From IMG/VR virus record IMGVR_UViG_3300042934_000106, positions 1-57,614 of that record: a stretch of 57,614 nt of DNA, one strand, 5' to 3'. Numbering within the stretch: the stretch's first letter is position 1; the number at the start of each line of letters is the position of its first letter. Below, one piece after another: positions 28,851 through 39,030 of this stretch. The notes under the pieces were generated by a model, which saw only the letters and a program-made list of their open reading frames with translations, had not been told where the DNA came from and did no database searches. A program made the position numbers and the translations under genes. This DNA is from a virus. Its lineage: Duplodnaviria; Caudoviricetes.

Positions 28851-29867
28851 ATGCCTATTCCAGTGCTACGGAGGCCCCCTGAGGTCCCTACACCTTCGGG
28901 GCCTCAGCCTCCTCAGAAGGTGCACTGGGGGAGGACATACGTATCCATCACAGGGAGGAACGGTAAGGGCGAGGAGATCGCCCTTACCAACTTCTCTAAC
29001 GCCCGTTGGCCGGGCATCTTCGTGATGCCCGGTGCAACCGGATTGGATGCGCCTCCTTTTGAACTCCACGCGGACGACAGTCCGAACCTTGATGGCGGGA
29101 TATTCCGTGATGCCAGGGCAGTTGCCCGGGAAATCATGATCCCTCTCTTCCTCCATGGCATCGACAGGAAGACCATCCGGGAACTGAAGCGCAGACTGGT
29201 GTCTGAGCTGAACCCCAAGAAGGGGTTCTGTGTCCTCAAGTTCATTGAGGGCGACGCAGTTCCGCGGTACCTCAAGTGCTACTACAAGAGCGGGATGGAA
29301 GGCAGTGAGACCGAGGACCAGAGCGGCTTCACCTGGAAGAAGTTCGGTATCCAGCTCACTGCCTATGACCCCTACTTCTATGGTGACGATGTCCAGGTTG
29401 CTGAGTGGGCCTTCGGTGAGGGAGAAGCCTTCCTCCATGAGGAGTCGTTCTTCCCTCTGCACCTCAACGCAGGCATCGTCATTGGGTCTGAGATCGACGT
29501 AACCAACCCTGGTGATGTTGAGGCTTGGCCTCGGTGGGAGCTGACGGGCCCGATCAAGGGCTTCAAGTTCACGAGTCCTGAGATTGAGAAGCCTGACGGC
29601 ACGAAGGTGACTTACTCCTTCGGTATCGCCGCGGACGGCTCGGGAACAGACATAGTCCCTGCCGGACGAGTGCTCACTGTCGACACTCGTCCTGGCGTCA
29701 AGTCCCTTCGGGACAACCTGAATACGAACTACTGGCCTTTGCTGGACGACAGCCCGCAGCTCTGGTTCCTCCCCGAAGGGGAGTCCCAGTGCACGGTAGA
29801 TATCGTCCCTGGCTCAGCCAATGCAAAGGTCCGGCTGACTTTCCAGCCCAGATACGAGGGGTACTGA
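28851..29867 (+). CDS. Distal tail (Dit)-like minor tail protein
   Basis: DPYFYG, NPGDVEAWP. Confidence 0.85.
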   Translation: MPIPVLRRPPEVPTPSGPQPPQKVHWGRTYVSITGRNGKGEEIALTNFSNARWPGIFVMPGATGLDAPPFELHADDSPNLDGGIFRDARAVAREIMIPLFLHGIDRKTIRELKRRLVSELNPKKGFCVLKFIEGDAVPRYLKCYYKSGMEGSETEDQSGFTWKKFGIQLTAYDPYFYGDDVQVAEWAFGEGEAFLHEESFFPLHLNAGIVIGSEIDVTNPGDVEAWPRWELTGPIKGFKFTSPEIEKPDGTKVTYSFGIAADGSGTDIVPAGRVLTVDTRPGVKSLRDNLNTNYWPLLDDSPQLWFLPEGESQCTVDIVPGSANAKVRLTFQPRYEGY

Positions 29868-29868
29868 T

Positions 29869-31335
29869 GTGGCCTACAGAATTGAGGTTCGGGACAAAGA
29901 CCTGAACCGAGTTGGTGAGATCGATACTTGGATTCAACTGGATATGGTCGTGCAGTTCAACGACCAGGGATCATGGAACCTCCTGGTAAAGGCGGGCACT
30001 CCACAGGCCGAACTCCTCCAGCAAGGAGGGGGGGTGGCCATCTACCAGGACGGGGTGCAGACCCCGATCCTGACTGGGCAGATAGAGACCTTTCAGAAGT
30101 ACTGGACGACAGTCCAGCACAGCTCAGAGGGCTCGGTGTTCGTAGGTGGAAAGACTGACAACAAACTGGCTTATCAACGTCTGGCCTTCCCCGCACCGAA
30201 TCTCCCAGTGTCACAGCAGTATTCCTCCCCCAATGACACCAGGGTGGTCAAGAAGCAGGCCAACGTTCTGATGTGGGAAGAAGTCCACAAGTCCCTTGGT
30301 CCTGGTGCCCTGGCCAACCGACAGGTGGCCGGCGTGACCACGGGTACGGCACCCACCGGGTTTGGTTCAACCAAGTCTGACACTCTCCGGTACGACGTGA
30401 TCGGAGAGAAGTTCAGTGAGTGGAGTGCCGACAACAAGACTGGTTGGCGGTTCATTTACAACCCCAACACCAAGTCCATTGAGCTGAGGGTGTATCAGCC
30501 TCGTGACCTGTCCAAGAGCATCCGCTTCTCGCCCGAACTGGGAAACCTGCGGGAGTACATCTGGACCCTGACGGCACCGAAGGTGACCCGGGTCATTGTT
30601 GCCTGTCAGGGCGAGGGCAAAGAGCGGTATATCTGGCAGAAGATTGACTCAGTCTCTGAGACTGAGTGGAATCTCCAGATCGAGCAGTTCGTAGACCGCA
30701 GGGACATCCCTCTCAAGACGGATTCCAATGGCAATCCTGTGCTTGTGGTCAAGAAGGACGCAGACGGTTTTGATGACCTCGGGGAGAACCCTGATGGTAC
30801 TGACTGGACTTCTGACCTGTACCGGGCACGACGGGACTATCAGAGCGCGGTTCTCGAAAGGGATGCAGCCCAGGCCCAGCTAGACGCTGCTGAGACCGAC
30901 GCGGAGAAGGCTGCTGCCAATGCTCGTCTGTCGGCAGCCAACACAGCACTCAACGATGCCAAGTCGGATCTCATTCAGGAGATCAATGCGGCCAAGGCCA
31001 CAGTAGTGGATTACTACCTGGAAGTCATTGAGCAAGCTGCGGACGAAGTCCTCAAGGAGGGCGAGAAGTCTGGGAACTTTCAGATCTACCCCATTGACAC
31101 AGAACAGATCAAGTTTGGCAGAGATTACTTCGTAGGAGACATCGTCACGGTGGAAGTCGACGGAGTTTCCTACTCGGACATTGTCCGTGAGGTCAGCATC
31201 TCCGTGGACGACGGAGGCAACGCAGTCTCCGTGTCTCCCAAGATTGGTGAACAAGGAGCTGGTGAACCGCTGAATCTTTACAAGAGCGTCTACGAGATGC
31301 GTAGGAAGCTGCGCAAACTGGAAGCGAGGATGTGA
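29869..31335 (+). CDS. Minor tail/baseplate hub protein (Gp37-like)
   Basis: FGRDYFVGDIVTV; position. Confidence 0.85.
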   Translation: MAYRIEVRDKDLNRVGEIDTWIQLDMVVQFNDQGSWNLLVKAGTPQAELLQQGGGVAIYQDGVQTPILTGQIETFQKYWTTVQHSSEGSVFVGGKTDNKLAYQRLAFPAPNLPVSQQYSSPNDTRVVKKQANVLMWEEVHKSLGPGALANRQVAGVTTGTAPTGFGSTKSDTLRYDVIGEKFSEWSADNKTGWRFIYNPNTKSIELRVYQPRDLSKSIRFSPELGNLREYIWTLTAPKVTRVIVACQGEGKERYIWQKIDSVSETEWNLQIEQFVDRRDIPLKTDSNGNPVLVVKKDADGFDDLGENPDGTDWTSDLYRARRDYQSAVLERDAAQAQLDAAETDAEKAAANARLSAANTALNDAKSDLIQEINAAKATVVDYYLEVIEQAADEVLKEGEKSGNFQIYPIDTEQIKFGRDYFVGDIVTVEVDGVSYSDIVREVSISVDDGGNAVSVSPKIGEQGAGEPLNLYKSVYEMRRKLRKLEARM

Positions 31336-31336
31336 A

Positions 31337-32410
31337 ATGGCAGAAACTAGCTACCCGTTTGCGGACAGTTCGGCCGGCGGTGGAGGCAAGCTCGTCTCCG
31401 TTGGACAGTGGCAAAGCATGGCCCACCTCTGGGGGCCTGATGCGATTGACCATCAACTTGTCCTGGGGGACACCGCGGTTGGTCTCCCGTTCCACTGTGT
31501 TCTTGATGGAACTAACCTTGTAATTCAGCCTGGAGAAGCCACGGTTGGTGGCTTCAGATACAAGCTTGACGCGCCTCTGACTATCCCTGCTCCAACCAAC
31601 CCCTCCCTCTCTCAGCGTCGGATTGACTTGGTTGTCATCCGAGCCGACATGGCTACTGGCTCAGTGAACATCAAGGTATCCGAAGGTCAGCCGGCCATCG
31701 TGGCACGTGAGCCTGAGCCCAAGCGGGAGCTTGGCGGTATCTGGGAACTCCCCATCTGGTCCGTCGAGCTGGCCTCCAACAACCAGTCCAGGACCCTCAA
31801 TGACAGGCGTCGATACAGCCACTCAGGCTCCGTAGATGTTGCCTGGAACAGGGATTTCGTCTCCAAGAGCCTCCCCGTAGGCACCTTCACTGTGGATCAG
31901 GACATCAACTCCTCTGGTGGACAGCAGGAGGGGTTCAGGGGAGCTGATGGAGACATGGTGACCCGCGGGCTTGGTGCCCGGCGGAAGTTCACCCCTGACA
32001 TCCTGACTGTCTCCAACAAGCCTCCCGCGGCTAACCGGGAGTGCTACTGGCGAATCATTGCTCCGGGGACAGCGTCGTTCTCCATGCAGATCAGGAACAC
32101 CTCGTCCACCGAGGTGAAGTCCTCTTCCGCCGTAGTCATCACTCTTCCTGAGATTCCGGCCAACACCATTCCCACGATCCTTACTGGCTACATCGACAAC
32201 CCGGAGTCCCGGAACGGGCTTCCGAACATCGTTCATATCGTGGCCAAGACCTCTTCTGTGGGACAGAACTACCTTTACCTGTACTACCCCGCAACCAGCA
32301 CCCTCAGTGAGGGGCTGAATGTTCTTACGACCATCCCGGGCAAGTCAACGCTGATTATCTCTGGAGTCTATGAGACGGGGCAATTTGAGGGGGCGTCGCT
32401 GAATGGCTAG
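31337..32410 (+). CDS. Minor tail protein
   Basis: MAETSYPF, RIDLVV, WELP. Confidence 0.8.
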   Translation: MAETSYPFADSSAGGGGKLVSVGQWQSMAHLWGPDAIDHQLVLGDTAVGLPFHCVLDGTNLVIQPGEATVGGFRYKLDAPLTIPAPTNPSLSQRRIDLVVIRADMATGSVNIKVSEGQPAIVAREPEPKRELGGIWELPIWSVELASNNQSRTLNDRRRYSHSGSVDVAWNRDFVSKSLPVGTFTVDQDINSSGGQQEGFRGADGDMVTRGLGARRKFTPDILTVSNKPPAANRECYWRIIAPGTASFSMQIRNTSSTEVKSSSAVVITLPEIPANTIPTILTGYIDNPESRNGLPNIVHIVAKTSSVGQNYLYLYYPATSTLSEGLNVLTTIPGKSTLIISGVYETGQFEGASLNG

Positions 32411-34328
32411 AAACTTGTTTGGTGGTACCGCTGCTGATGCAGCGGAAGACATCACTGGCGTCCGGGTGCCTGGCGCTGAAGGCACCGTCTGGGATGGTCC
32501 TGGTGTGGGGGCACTCCAGGTCACTGACCTCCTGGACTTCAACAACCAGCCCATCAAGACCCTTGTCTCTGGCCCTGAAGGCATGGTCAGCCACTTCTAC
32601 GGTCCTGATGGCGTGACTCTCCTGTATGTCGACTTCGGAGCCGGCCGGGTGGCTATGGCTCCGGTCAACACCTCTACAGACCTTGCCAACCACCTCAATG
32701 CCGCGGACCCTCATGGAGCCAAGGCGGGTGCTCTCGCCGAGATCACTGCTCAGAAGGGGGCTGCCAACGGCATTGCCACCCTTGACCCAACCGGCAAGGT
32801 TCCTTCCTCTCAGCTCCCTGCGCTCAGCGGAGACGGCTCCGACGGAACTCACTGGCTCAATGTCAAGAACGTTCCCTACGGAGCCAAGGGGGATGGGGTC
32901 ACTGATGACACCGCGGCCATCCTTGCTGCGATTGACGATGCGGGATACGGAGACGTTGTCTATTTCCCTGCGGGTGTCTATATCCTCTCCCAGCCCATTG
33001 ACCTCTACAACAGGGGTGTGACCCTTCGTGGGTCACATTCCAACCTCATGGCCGGACCCGGCATGGTTCCTGATGAGTGGCCGTGCTACATACAGGCAGC
33101 CCCGACCTTCACTACAGGAGCCATGATCACCATCATCGGTGAGGATGATGGGGAGCATCCCGCTATCAACGGAGAGATCCGCATTGAGAATCTGATGCTG
33201 GACGGCTCCAAGGTTGCCGGCTGGGGTCTGGACGGCATCTACTCCCGCGGTAATGTGCAGAACGTCGTTCTGCGGGATGTATGCATTCGTCAGATGCCGA
33301 ACAACGGCATTGTTACTGCCTCGGTGGGCACAACCTGGCCCTACTCCTGGCGTCTCCATTCCGTCATGGTGGACAACTGCCACGTCAACGGGATGGTGTT
33401 CGAGGGGAACACTGACCTGACCCTGGAGGACTGCCAGGTGATTGGGTCCTGGTCTACTGGCTTCAAGCTCATCAACTGTGCCAACACCATCGTTACCCAC
33501 TCTCGTGCAGAGTGGAACGGCAACTATGGCTTCCACATCACTGGAGGCTGGGGCAACTGGCCTGGTAGCGGAAGCATGACCATGACTGGCTGTTCTACTG
33601 ACCGCAATGGCTGGGATGGCGTCAGGATTGACGCTTCCGGCAATGGGCCCTTCCTCATCAGTGCCCTTCAGACACGCAGGGATGGTCGTAATGGGGGCCC
33701 TGGCGGAGGCGGTTATGCCGGCCTGAGGCTGAGTGGCACCGCTCCTGTAGTCGCAACGAACGTGGGCTGCTATGTCGGTACGGACGATGGGGGCACCGCC
33801 AACACCTCTCCCGAGTACGGTGTCCGGGTAACGAATGCCAAGGATGTACAGCTTGACTCGGCATACCTTCACGGTCTGACTGCTGGTCTGATCCAGGACG
33901 GAGTTAACACCCGGATTACCCTGGGAACCAACATCACTACCGTGGCTGGCAACAACTTCTCCGAAGACAGGGTTTTGGTTAGTAGTGCTGTCTCCAGAAC
34001 AGGAACAAGCACTGGGGTGGCTGCAACTCTCACTGGAAACGGCACGGCAGATCCACTAACTGTTAACGGAGGCCCAGCCACATCAGAGCGCTTTGTTGTT
34101 CGTAAGGACGGCTCGGTCTACAGCAACAGTCTCCTCAACACGTTCTACAACCTCGGTATTGGTCCAGGGAGCACGCCCTTTGGAGGGGGTAGGTACGTTC
34201 TTGGTATGCAGAACGTACAGACAGCCCCAACAGGAACCCCTGGGACTGGAGGCATCCTCTATGTGGAGGGCGGCGCTCTGAAATTCCGCGGCTCCAGTGG
34301 CACCGTCACAACTATTGCTCCTGCTTAA
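32403..34328 (+). CDS. Tail spike/receptor-binding protein with pectate-lyase-like beta-helix
   Basis: NVK..YGAKGDGVTDDTAAI..AI, VYFPAGVY, beta-helix repeats. Confidence 0.85.
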   Translation: MARNLFGGTAADAAEDITGVRVPGAEGTVWDGPGVGALQVTDLLDFNNQPIKTLVSGPEGMVSHFYGPDGVTLLYVDFGAGRVAMAPVNTSTDLANHLNAADPHGAKAGALAEITAQKGAANGIATLDPTGKVPSSQLPALSGDGSDGTHWLNVKNVPYGAKGDGVTDDTAAILAAIDDAGYGDVVYFPAGVYILSQPIDLYNRGVTLRGSHSNLMAGPGMVPDEWPCYIQAAPTFTTGAMITIIGEDDGEHPAINGEIRIENLMLDGSKVAGWGLDGIYSRGNVQNVVLRDVCIRQMPNNGIVTASVGTTWPYSWRLHSVMVDNCHVNGMVFEGNTDLTLEDCQVIGSWSTGFKLINCANTIVTHSRAEWNGNYGFHITGGWGNWPGSGSMTMTGCSTDRNGWDGVRIDASGNGPFLISALQTRRDGRNGGPGGGGYAGLRLSGTAPVVATNVGCYVGTDDGGTANTSPEYGVRVTNAKDVQLDSAYLHGLTAGLIQDGVNTRITLGTNITTVAGNNFSEDRVLVSSAVSRTGTSTGVAATLTGNGTADPLTVNGGPATSERFVVRKDGSVYSNSLLNTFYNLGIGPGSTPFGGGRYVLGMQNVQTAPTGTPGTGGILYVEGGALKFRGSSGTVTTIAPA

Positions 34329-34338
34329 AGATCCACCA

Positions 34339-34366
34339 GGGGGGCCCTGTTTACGCAGGGCCCCTT
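34339..34366 (+). terminator. Hairpin terminator after tail genes
   Basis: GGGGCCCTG/CAGGGCCCC. Confidence 0.6.
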
Positions 34367-34450
34367 ACTCATGCTCTGGCGCGAGTCACTAACGGGGGTT
34401 AGCACTCAAGACCATTGACTTATGTGGGAATCCCAGAGGGGGAGGAACCC

Positions 34451-34708
34451 ATGCTCGAAATCATCAACAACGGCGGCATCATCGCTGGTGCCGTCGCCAT
34501 CATCCTTGCCGGCTTCCGTACCAACACAGCCCGTGTGTGGAAGGACGAGGCGGAAGCCCAGAAGACACGTGCAGACCGGCTCATTGCTGAGCTGGACGAG
34601 GTGAAGGAACGCCTGGGCGAACTGGAGGCCCACACTCAGGGCCTGGTCCGTCTGCTCTCAAGGATTGACCCTCAGAAGCTCGAAGAACTCACCCCGAGGG
34701 GGCGCTAA
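34451..34708 (+). CDS. Membrane protein, holin-like (TM plus coiled coil)
   Basis: GGAGG RBS; N-terminal TM; precedes endolysin. Confidence 0.65.
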   Translation: MLEIINNGGIIAGAVAIILAGFRTNTARVWKDEAEAQKTRADRLIAELDEVKERLGELEAHTQGLVRLLSRIDPQKLEELTPRGR

Positions 34709-35712
34709 TGAGTGATGCAGCAAAGATACTGGCTATAGCAGCCGGTGAAGTTGGTACCAAGGAGAAGTTCGAGGGAGGCCACTGGGTCAACAACTCGAAG
34801 TACAACCGATGGTTCGGCAAGATCCCCGGTTACTCTCAGGACGGCTATGGCTGGCCTTGGTGTGCGGCCTTCGTTACTTGGGTTGCCCATGAGGCGGATC
34901 TCCCCTCGCTCTACCCCAAGACTGCTGGGTGTGCGACCGCCGTAGCGTGGTTCAAGAACAAGGGACGCTTTTCCGAATACCCGGCTATTGGTGCCCAGGT
35001 ATTCTTCGGAAGCGGCGGGGGTTCCCACACGGGAATTGTCTATAAGTACGATGCCACCTATGCGTACACCATAGAAGGTAACACGAATCTTTCCGGGTCC
35101 GCGGAGGGAGATGGCGTTTACAAGCGTAGTCGTCTTCGTCGGGATTCTTACCTGTACGGATATGGGTACCCGGAGTTTTCTGAAGGCATTGTGACTGCTG
35201 ACCCCTCCAAGAAGGGCAAGAAGGGCTTCACCTACAAGGCTTCCGCCAGTGCCCCCGCTGCGCCGGCCAAGCCGACCGCTCCTAGCGGGAGTGACTACGT
35301 GGTGAAGGAAGGGGACACTCTCTCCAGCATCGGAGACAAGCTGAACGTCCCCTGGACTCAGCTTGCCAGTGTCAACAAGATCAAGGCCCCGTACGTTATC
35401 AAGCCTGGTCAGAAGCTCAAGGTCACTGGACCCACTGTCAGTGCTCCTAAGCCAAAGCCTGTGTCGTATGAGCCCTTCCCTGGTGCTGCGTACTTCAGGA
35501 AGAACCCTAACTCCAGCCTCATTGAGAGGCTGGGTAAGCGACTGGTCCAGGAAGGCTGCTCTGCCTACCAAGTTGGTCCCACCAAGCAGTGGACTGAGTC
35601 GGACCGGAAGAGCTACCGGAAGTGGCAGTTGAAGCTTGGCTACCGCGGCAGTGATGCCGATGGTTACCCCGGTAAGGCTTCGTGGGACAAGCTCAAGGTG
35701 CCGAAGGCCTGA
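34708..35712 (+). CDS. Endolysin (CHAP + LysM + peptidoglycan-binding)
   Basis: WCAAFV, HTGIV, TIEGNT; YVVKEGDTLS; ADGYPG..SW. Confidence 0.92.
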   Translation: MSDAAKILAIAAGEVGTKEKFEGGHWVNNSKYNRWFGKIPGYSQDGYGWPWCAAFVTWVAHEADLPSLYPKTAGCATAVAWFKNKGRFSEYPAIGAQVFFGSGGGSHTGIVYKYDATYAYTIEGNTNLSGSAEGDGVYKRSRLRRDSYLYGYGYPEFSEGIVTADPSKKGKKGFTYKASASAPAAPAKPTAPSGSDYVVKEGDTLSSIGDKLNVPWTQLASVNKIKAPYVIKPGQKLKVTGPTVSAPKPKPVSYEPFPGAAYFRKNPNSSLIERLGKRLVQEGCSAYQVGPTKQWTESDRKSYRKWQLKLGYRGSDADGYPGKASWDKLKVPKA

Positions 35713-36074
35713 CCAGGCAGAGGGGGTCGAGCCCTCGCGGGTGTCCGTGTGCGGGTAGGCGCTTAGGCGCCCCCGCGCGCGAGTCACTTTCGGGCTTTCA
35801 AATATCAGCAGATTTGAATAATCTCGTAGCACAGAATTTCATTCGCTTTTCCGGCCGAGCCTAAAGCATTTGAGTTCCCTCGCTCCCGGTTCCACCGGCC
35901 CCCTCTATTCCCCTACTCCCTTTCCCGCTTTATCTAGTGCTCCCAAGCTTTCCCTTTGTGAATGAATGAATCAGGGTACTCAAATTCATTCATTCGTGCA
36001 TGAGCATGAGAAAGGCCCTGTCCGTTATGGACAGGGCCCCTGGTCGTTGTCCCTCCTCAGACAGAGGTGAATGA

Positions 36075-36281
36075 ATGAAAGAACGTGCTCTCCGCCATGT
36101 CGTCCGACTGTCCGCCCTTGTTGCTGCGGCTGCTCCTGTAGCTGTCTCCGTGCTTGACTCCCTGTCGTGGGAGTGGGCCGTGTCCCTGTCTGCTGTCGTC
36201 CTCACCGCAGGTGAGTACGCTCAGCGTGTCGAGAACAGCAAGACCCTTCGTGCCTTCGTGGACGGGGCCTACGGCGAGTAG
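36075..36281 (+). CDS. Holin-like two-TM protein
   Basis: Two hydrophobic helices; GEYAQRVE. Confidence 0.6.
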   Translation: MKERALRHVVRLSALVAAAAPVAVSVLDSLSWEWAVSLSAVVLTAGEYAQRVENSKTLRAFVDGAYGE

Positions 36282-36415
36282 CTGCTTGCCGGCACACAAG
36301 CTGTGGTCGGTGGAGACTGACCACTAGGGGACTCCCGGAGTCCCTGAGAGTGAGAGAGGCGTCAGAATCGCTGATGCCGACTGGGGCCCGGACAACCGGC
36401 CCCTGAACGCAAGAA

Positions 36416-36446
36416 TGCCCCCTGGCCAATGGCCAGGGGGCTATTC
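36416..36446. terminator. Terminator between convergent late and early operons
   Basis: CCCCTGGCCA/TGGCCAGGGG stem. Confidence 0.7.
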
Positions 36447-36495
36447 GTGTTTCTACCGCCAGTGAGTGGTCAGGTACACCAGTACCAGGACCACA

Positions 36496-36648
36496 TCAAG
36501 GGTGATCAGTACCGGTATCCACGCACGTCGTCTTCCTCGCATACTGCTGACCCCCCGTTGTCTCATGCTTCCATGTCCCGTCTGACCAACGACGGACCAG
36601 AGCCGTATAGCGGCCCTGGACTACGTGTGTTCTCTTGTGCTGGGGCAT
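36496..36648 (-). CDS. Hypothetical protein (50 aa)
   Basis: AGGAG RBS; read manually. Confidence 0.45.
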   Translation of the reverse strand: MPQHKRTHVVQGRYTALVRRWSDGTWKHETTGGQQYARKTTCVDTGTDHP

Positions 36649-36659
36649 GTCTCCTGGAT

Positions 36660-38003
36660 TCACAACCAACCCCCAGACAGCATAAGTTCTTGTGTCTCGG
36701 GGTTGTCCAGGGTCCGCACCTTAGGTTGCTCCGGAATCCGTACCTGTGCCGGCACGGGCTCTTGTTCCTGCTGTTCTGCCTCAGGTTCCGCAGGAACGCT
36801 CTCGACGTTGGCCCACCGGTACTCGGTTCCAGGTCGACCACGGCCAGAGGTAACCCCCGTGACAATCCGAATGTCGGGCATACCTTCCAGCGCCTTACGG
36901 AAGGCTGCTGCCTTTGCTCGTGCTCCCAGAGCACGGAGCATGTCGGAATGAGCCACCTTGCCATCGTGTCGAGTCATGATCTCTCGGATTAGATCAGGCA
37001 GACTCTTGAACTCTCCTCGGCTGGAAGCCTTTGTGTCCTCTCGAACAAGCTTCCCTACGCTCTGAGTGGAGTATTGAACGAACGCCCACGCAGCATTGAC
37101 AGCCTTTCGGCTGATGACTGTCTGGCGCTCTGTCGCGGTGAGTACCGCGGCCACCCTCAGAATCTGCTCTGGAGTTCGTTCGACATAGCAGGAAAGGTGC
37201 TTAGGAGTCTCCTCCTGCTTAAGTTCGAACTCAACGCGGAGTTCGTCAAAACGCTCCCCCGCGGAAGGGTCCAGTGTAAGCACACGGGGACGGCTACGAG
37301 CCCAATCATAGGCTTCAGCAAGCCCCTTCACCTCTGGGTAAAGCTCCCTGTTGTTGTATGGCAGGATCTTGGACCGGTGCACAAGCACGGGGAGGAGCCT
37401 GTTATAGCTACCTCCCCGGGCATCCCGCGGTTTGATGTAGTCAGTCCACTCCCCTGGTGTGATGTGGGAGTGAAAGCCCAGACGGGGATCAGGGACAGTC
37501 ATAGACACTCTTGTCGTGGTGTGCCGGATGGTGGCCCCATCCCAGCAATTCCGTAGCTTGCTGGCAAAGGTAGGACACCGGTTCTGTCGCTTCAGGTTCT
37601 CTGACCACTCCTCATCAATGGTGATGACTCGTGTGTCCGGACCTCCTTCAGTTCCCTCCGTCCGCTCCTGTTGCTCAAACAGAACCTGAGTGAGAGACGG
37701 ACCAGACGACACACCCCCCGCGGTGCGGTCTTCCAGGAACGCACCGATAGAGGGTTGCAGCATTCCCTTGGCTACCCGTAGCGCAGTCCCCTTACGGCCG
37801 ATGGCAGATTCCCCCGCAAGTACAGTCCAGACGACGACAGGGCGCCCGTTCCAGAGCGTCACGTGTCCACCGATGGCACTGGACCACAGAGCAAGCACCG
37901 CGGCGTACACACCTACCGGGTCTGCCTCTGTGTAAGGGTCCGCGGCAACGACAGCATCGCCGATGGGCCCATACCTCATGCTCTCGAATGCTTCCAGGCT
38001 CAT
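36660..38003 (-). CDS. DUF3987-like P-loop ATPase/helicase with C-terminal winged helix
   Basis: GESAIGRKGT, IDEE, WDG, HITP, GSYNRLL. Confidence 0.7.
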   Translation of the reverse strand: MSLEAFESMRYGPIGDAVVAADPYTEADPVGVYAAVLALWSSAIGGHVTLWNGRPVVVWTVLAGESAIGRKGTALRVAKGMLQPSIGAFLEDRTAGGVSSGPSLTQVLFEQQERTEGTEGGPDTRVITIDEEWSENLKRQNRCPTFASKLRNCWDGATIRHTTTRVSMTVPDPRLGFHSHITPGEWTDYIKPRDARGGSYNRLLPVLVHRSKILPYNNRELYPEVKGLAEAYDWARSRPRVLTLDPSAGERFDELRVEFELKQEETPKHLSCYVERTPEQILRVAAVLTATERQTVISRKAVNAAWAFVQYSTQSVGKLVREDTKASSRGEFKSLPDLIREIMTRHDGKVAHSDMLRALGARAKAAAFRKALEGMPDIRIVTGVTSGRGRPGTEYRWANVESVPAEPEAEQQEQEPVPAQVRIPEQPKVRTLDNPETQELMLSGGWL

Positions 38004-38131
38004 GACTCCCCCTTTTCCGGAGTGTCACATGTCGAGCCCAATGGATTGTCCCCGTCAAGGACGTGCACCCATCGACCCATCCAAATAACCAGGACTCCAC
38101 AGTTCTTGCACATTCCACTGAACTTACTCAC
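38000..38131 (-). CDS. Small Zn-finger-like protein (43 aa)
   Basis: 4-bp overlaps both ends; CKNCG...WVH...C. Confidence 0.55.
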   Translation of the reverse strand: MSKFSGMCKNCGVLVIWMGRWVHVLDGDNPLGSTCDTPEKGES

Positions 38132-38328
38132 TGTCCTACCTCCATCGGATCTCCGAGAATCTGAGTGAACTGGTCAGCGAACTTGTCCTCATGCTCCTTG
38201 CACAAGAACCACGTCTTGCCGGCAAGGCGGATCTCTACCACGGAGTCAGTAGCTGATCCGTCCTTTCGGTAGCACCCATCACATGCGTTCTCTATGACTT
38301 GCTCGATCATTCTCACTACTCGTGCCAT
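38128..38328 (-). CDS. Lsr2 N-terminal-domain-like protein
   Basis: Pattern resembles Lsr2 oligomerisation domain; CDGC...C..H. Confidence 0.45.
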   Translation of the reverse strand: MARVVRMIEQVIENACDGCYRKDGSATDSVVEIRLAGKTWFLCKEHEDKFADQFTQILGDPMEVGQ

Positions 38329-38441
38329 TGCTCCTCCTTAAGCCGCTGGATAGCGGCATTCCTTGCTTCCTCGTTGCTCAATCCAGCCTTCTTGTACTCC
38401 GCGTAGTAGTTGCGGTATCGCTGGTACCATCCCGTTCTCAT
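38316..38441 (-). CDS. Hypothetical protein (41 aa)
   Basis: GAGGAG RBS after stem-loop. Confidence 0.55.
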   Translation of the reverse strand: MRTGWYQRYRNYYAEYKKAGLSNEEARNAAIQRLKEEQWHE

Positions 38442-38525
38442 CTACTCTCCTCTATTGACTGACCAACCATGAACGCAAGCAGTCCCCCGCGGTTAAGAGG
38501 GGGACTGCGTACGAACATGAGAGGC

Positions 38526-38792
38526 TCAGACAGTCACTCGATACGTCGTAGTCCGACGCTGGTACAGGAACTCCTTTACGACTGCCTTGACCAGGAACCT
38601 AGTTACCTGGGCAGGATCTGCGTAAGCCTGAGCTGTTGTCCCGCAGTCCTCAAACACTGCCCTGAGAGCATCCATTCGGAGTTTGGGGGTCTCCATCCAT
38701 GCTGCTGTCATGGCACGGAAGACAAGCTCCCCTGACTCTTCTGCGTACCGCTTCATGAGGCTCACTTGATTACCTCCACACAGTAGAAACAC
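38526..38792 (-). CDS. Hypothetical protein (start uncertain)
   Basis: Operonic ORF. Confidence 0.6.
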   Translation of the reverse strand: MFLLCGGNQVSLMKRYAEESGELVFRAMTAAWMETPKLRMDALRAVFEDCGTTAQAYADPAQVTRFLVKAVVKEFLYQRRTTTYRVTV

Positions 38793-39030
38793 GGATGGCC
38801 ATTTCCTCTGTTACGGGAAAGAGGATGTGGACACAGGTTACGTAGGACGATCTGTTGAGGAGCCCTCTTGCCTTTTCCACGGCTCCGGCATAGCTTTCCG
38901 GCTGAGGGTGAATCCATGACTCATCTTCAAAGGGTTTCCCCTCCTGATCTACGCCCACCAACTCAAAGAAGAGTGTGGCGGGGTCGAACGTCACGCCGTT
39001 TACTGTCTCCTGCACTGCCATCACATCCAA
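38770..39030 (-). CDS. Hypothetical protein
   Basis: Operonic ORF. Confidence 0.6.
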   Translation of the reverse strand: MDVMAVQETVNGVTFDPATLFFELVGVDQEGKPFEDESWIHPQPESYAGAVEKARGLLNRSSYVTCVHILFPVTEEMAIRVSTVWR

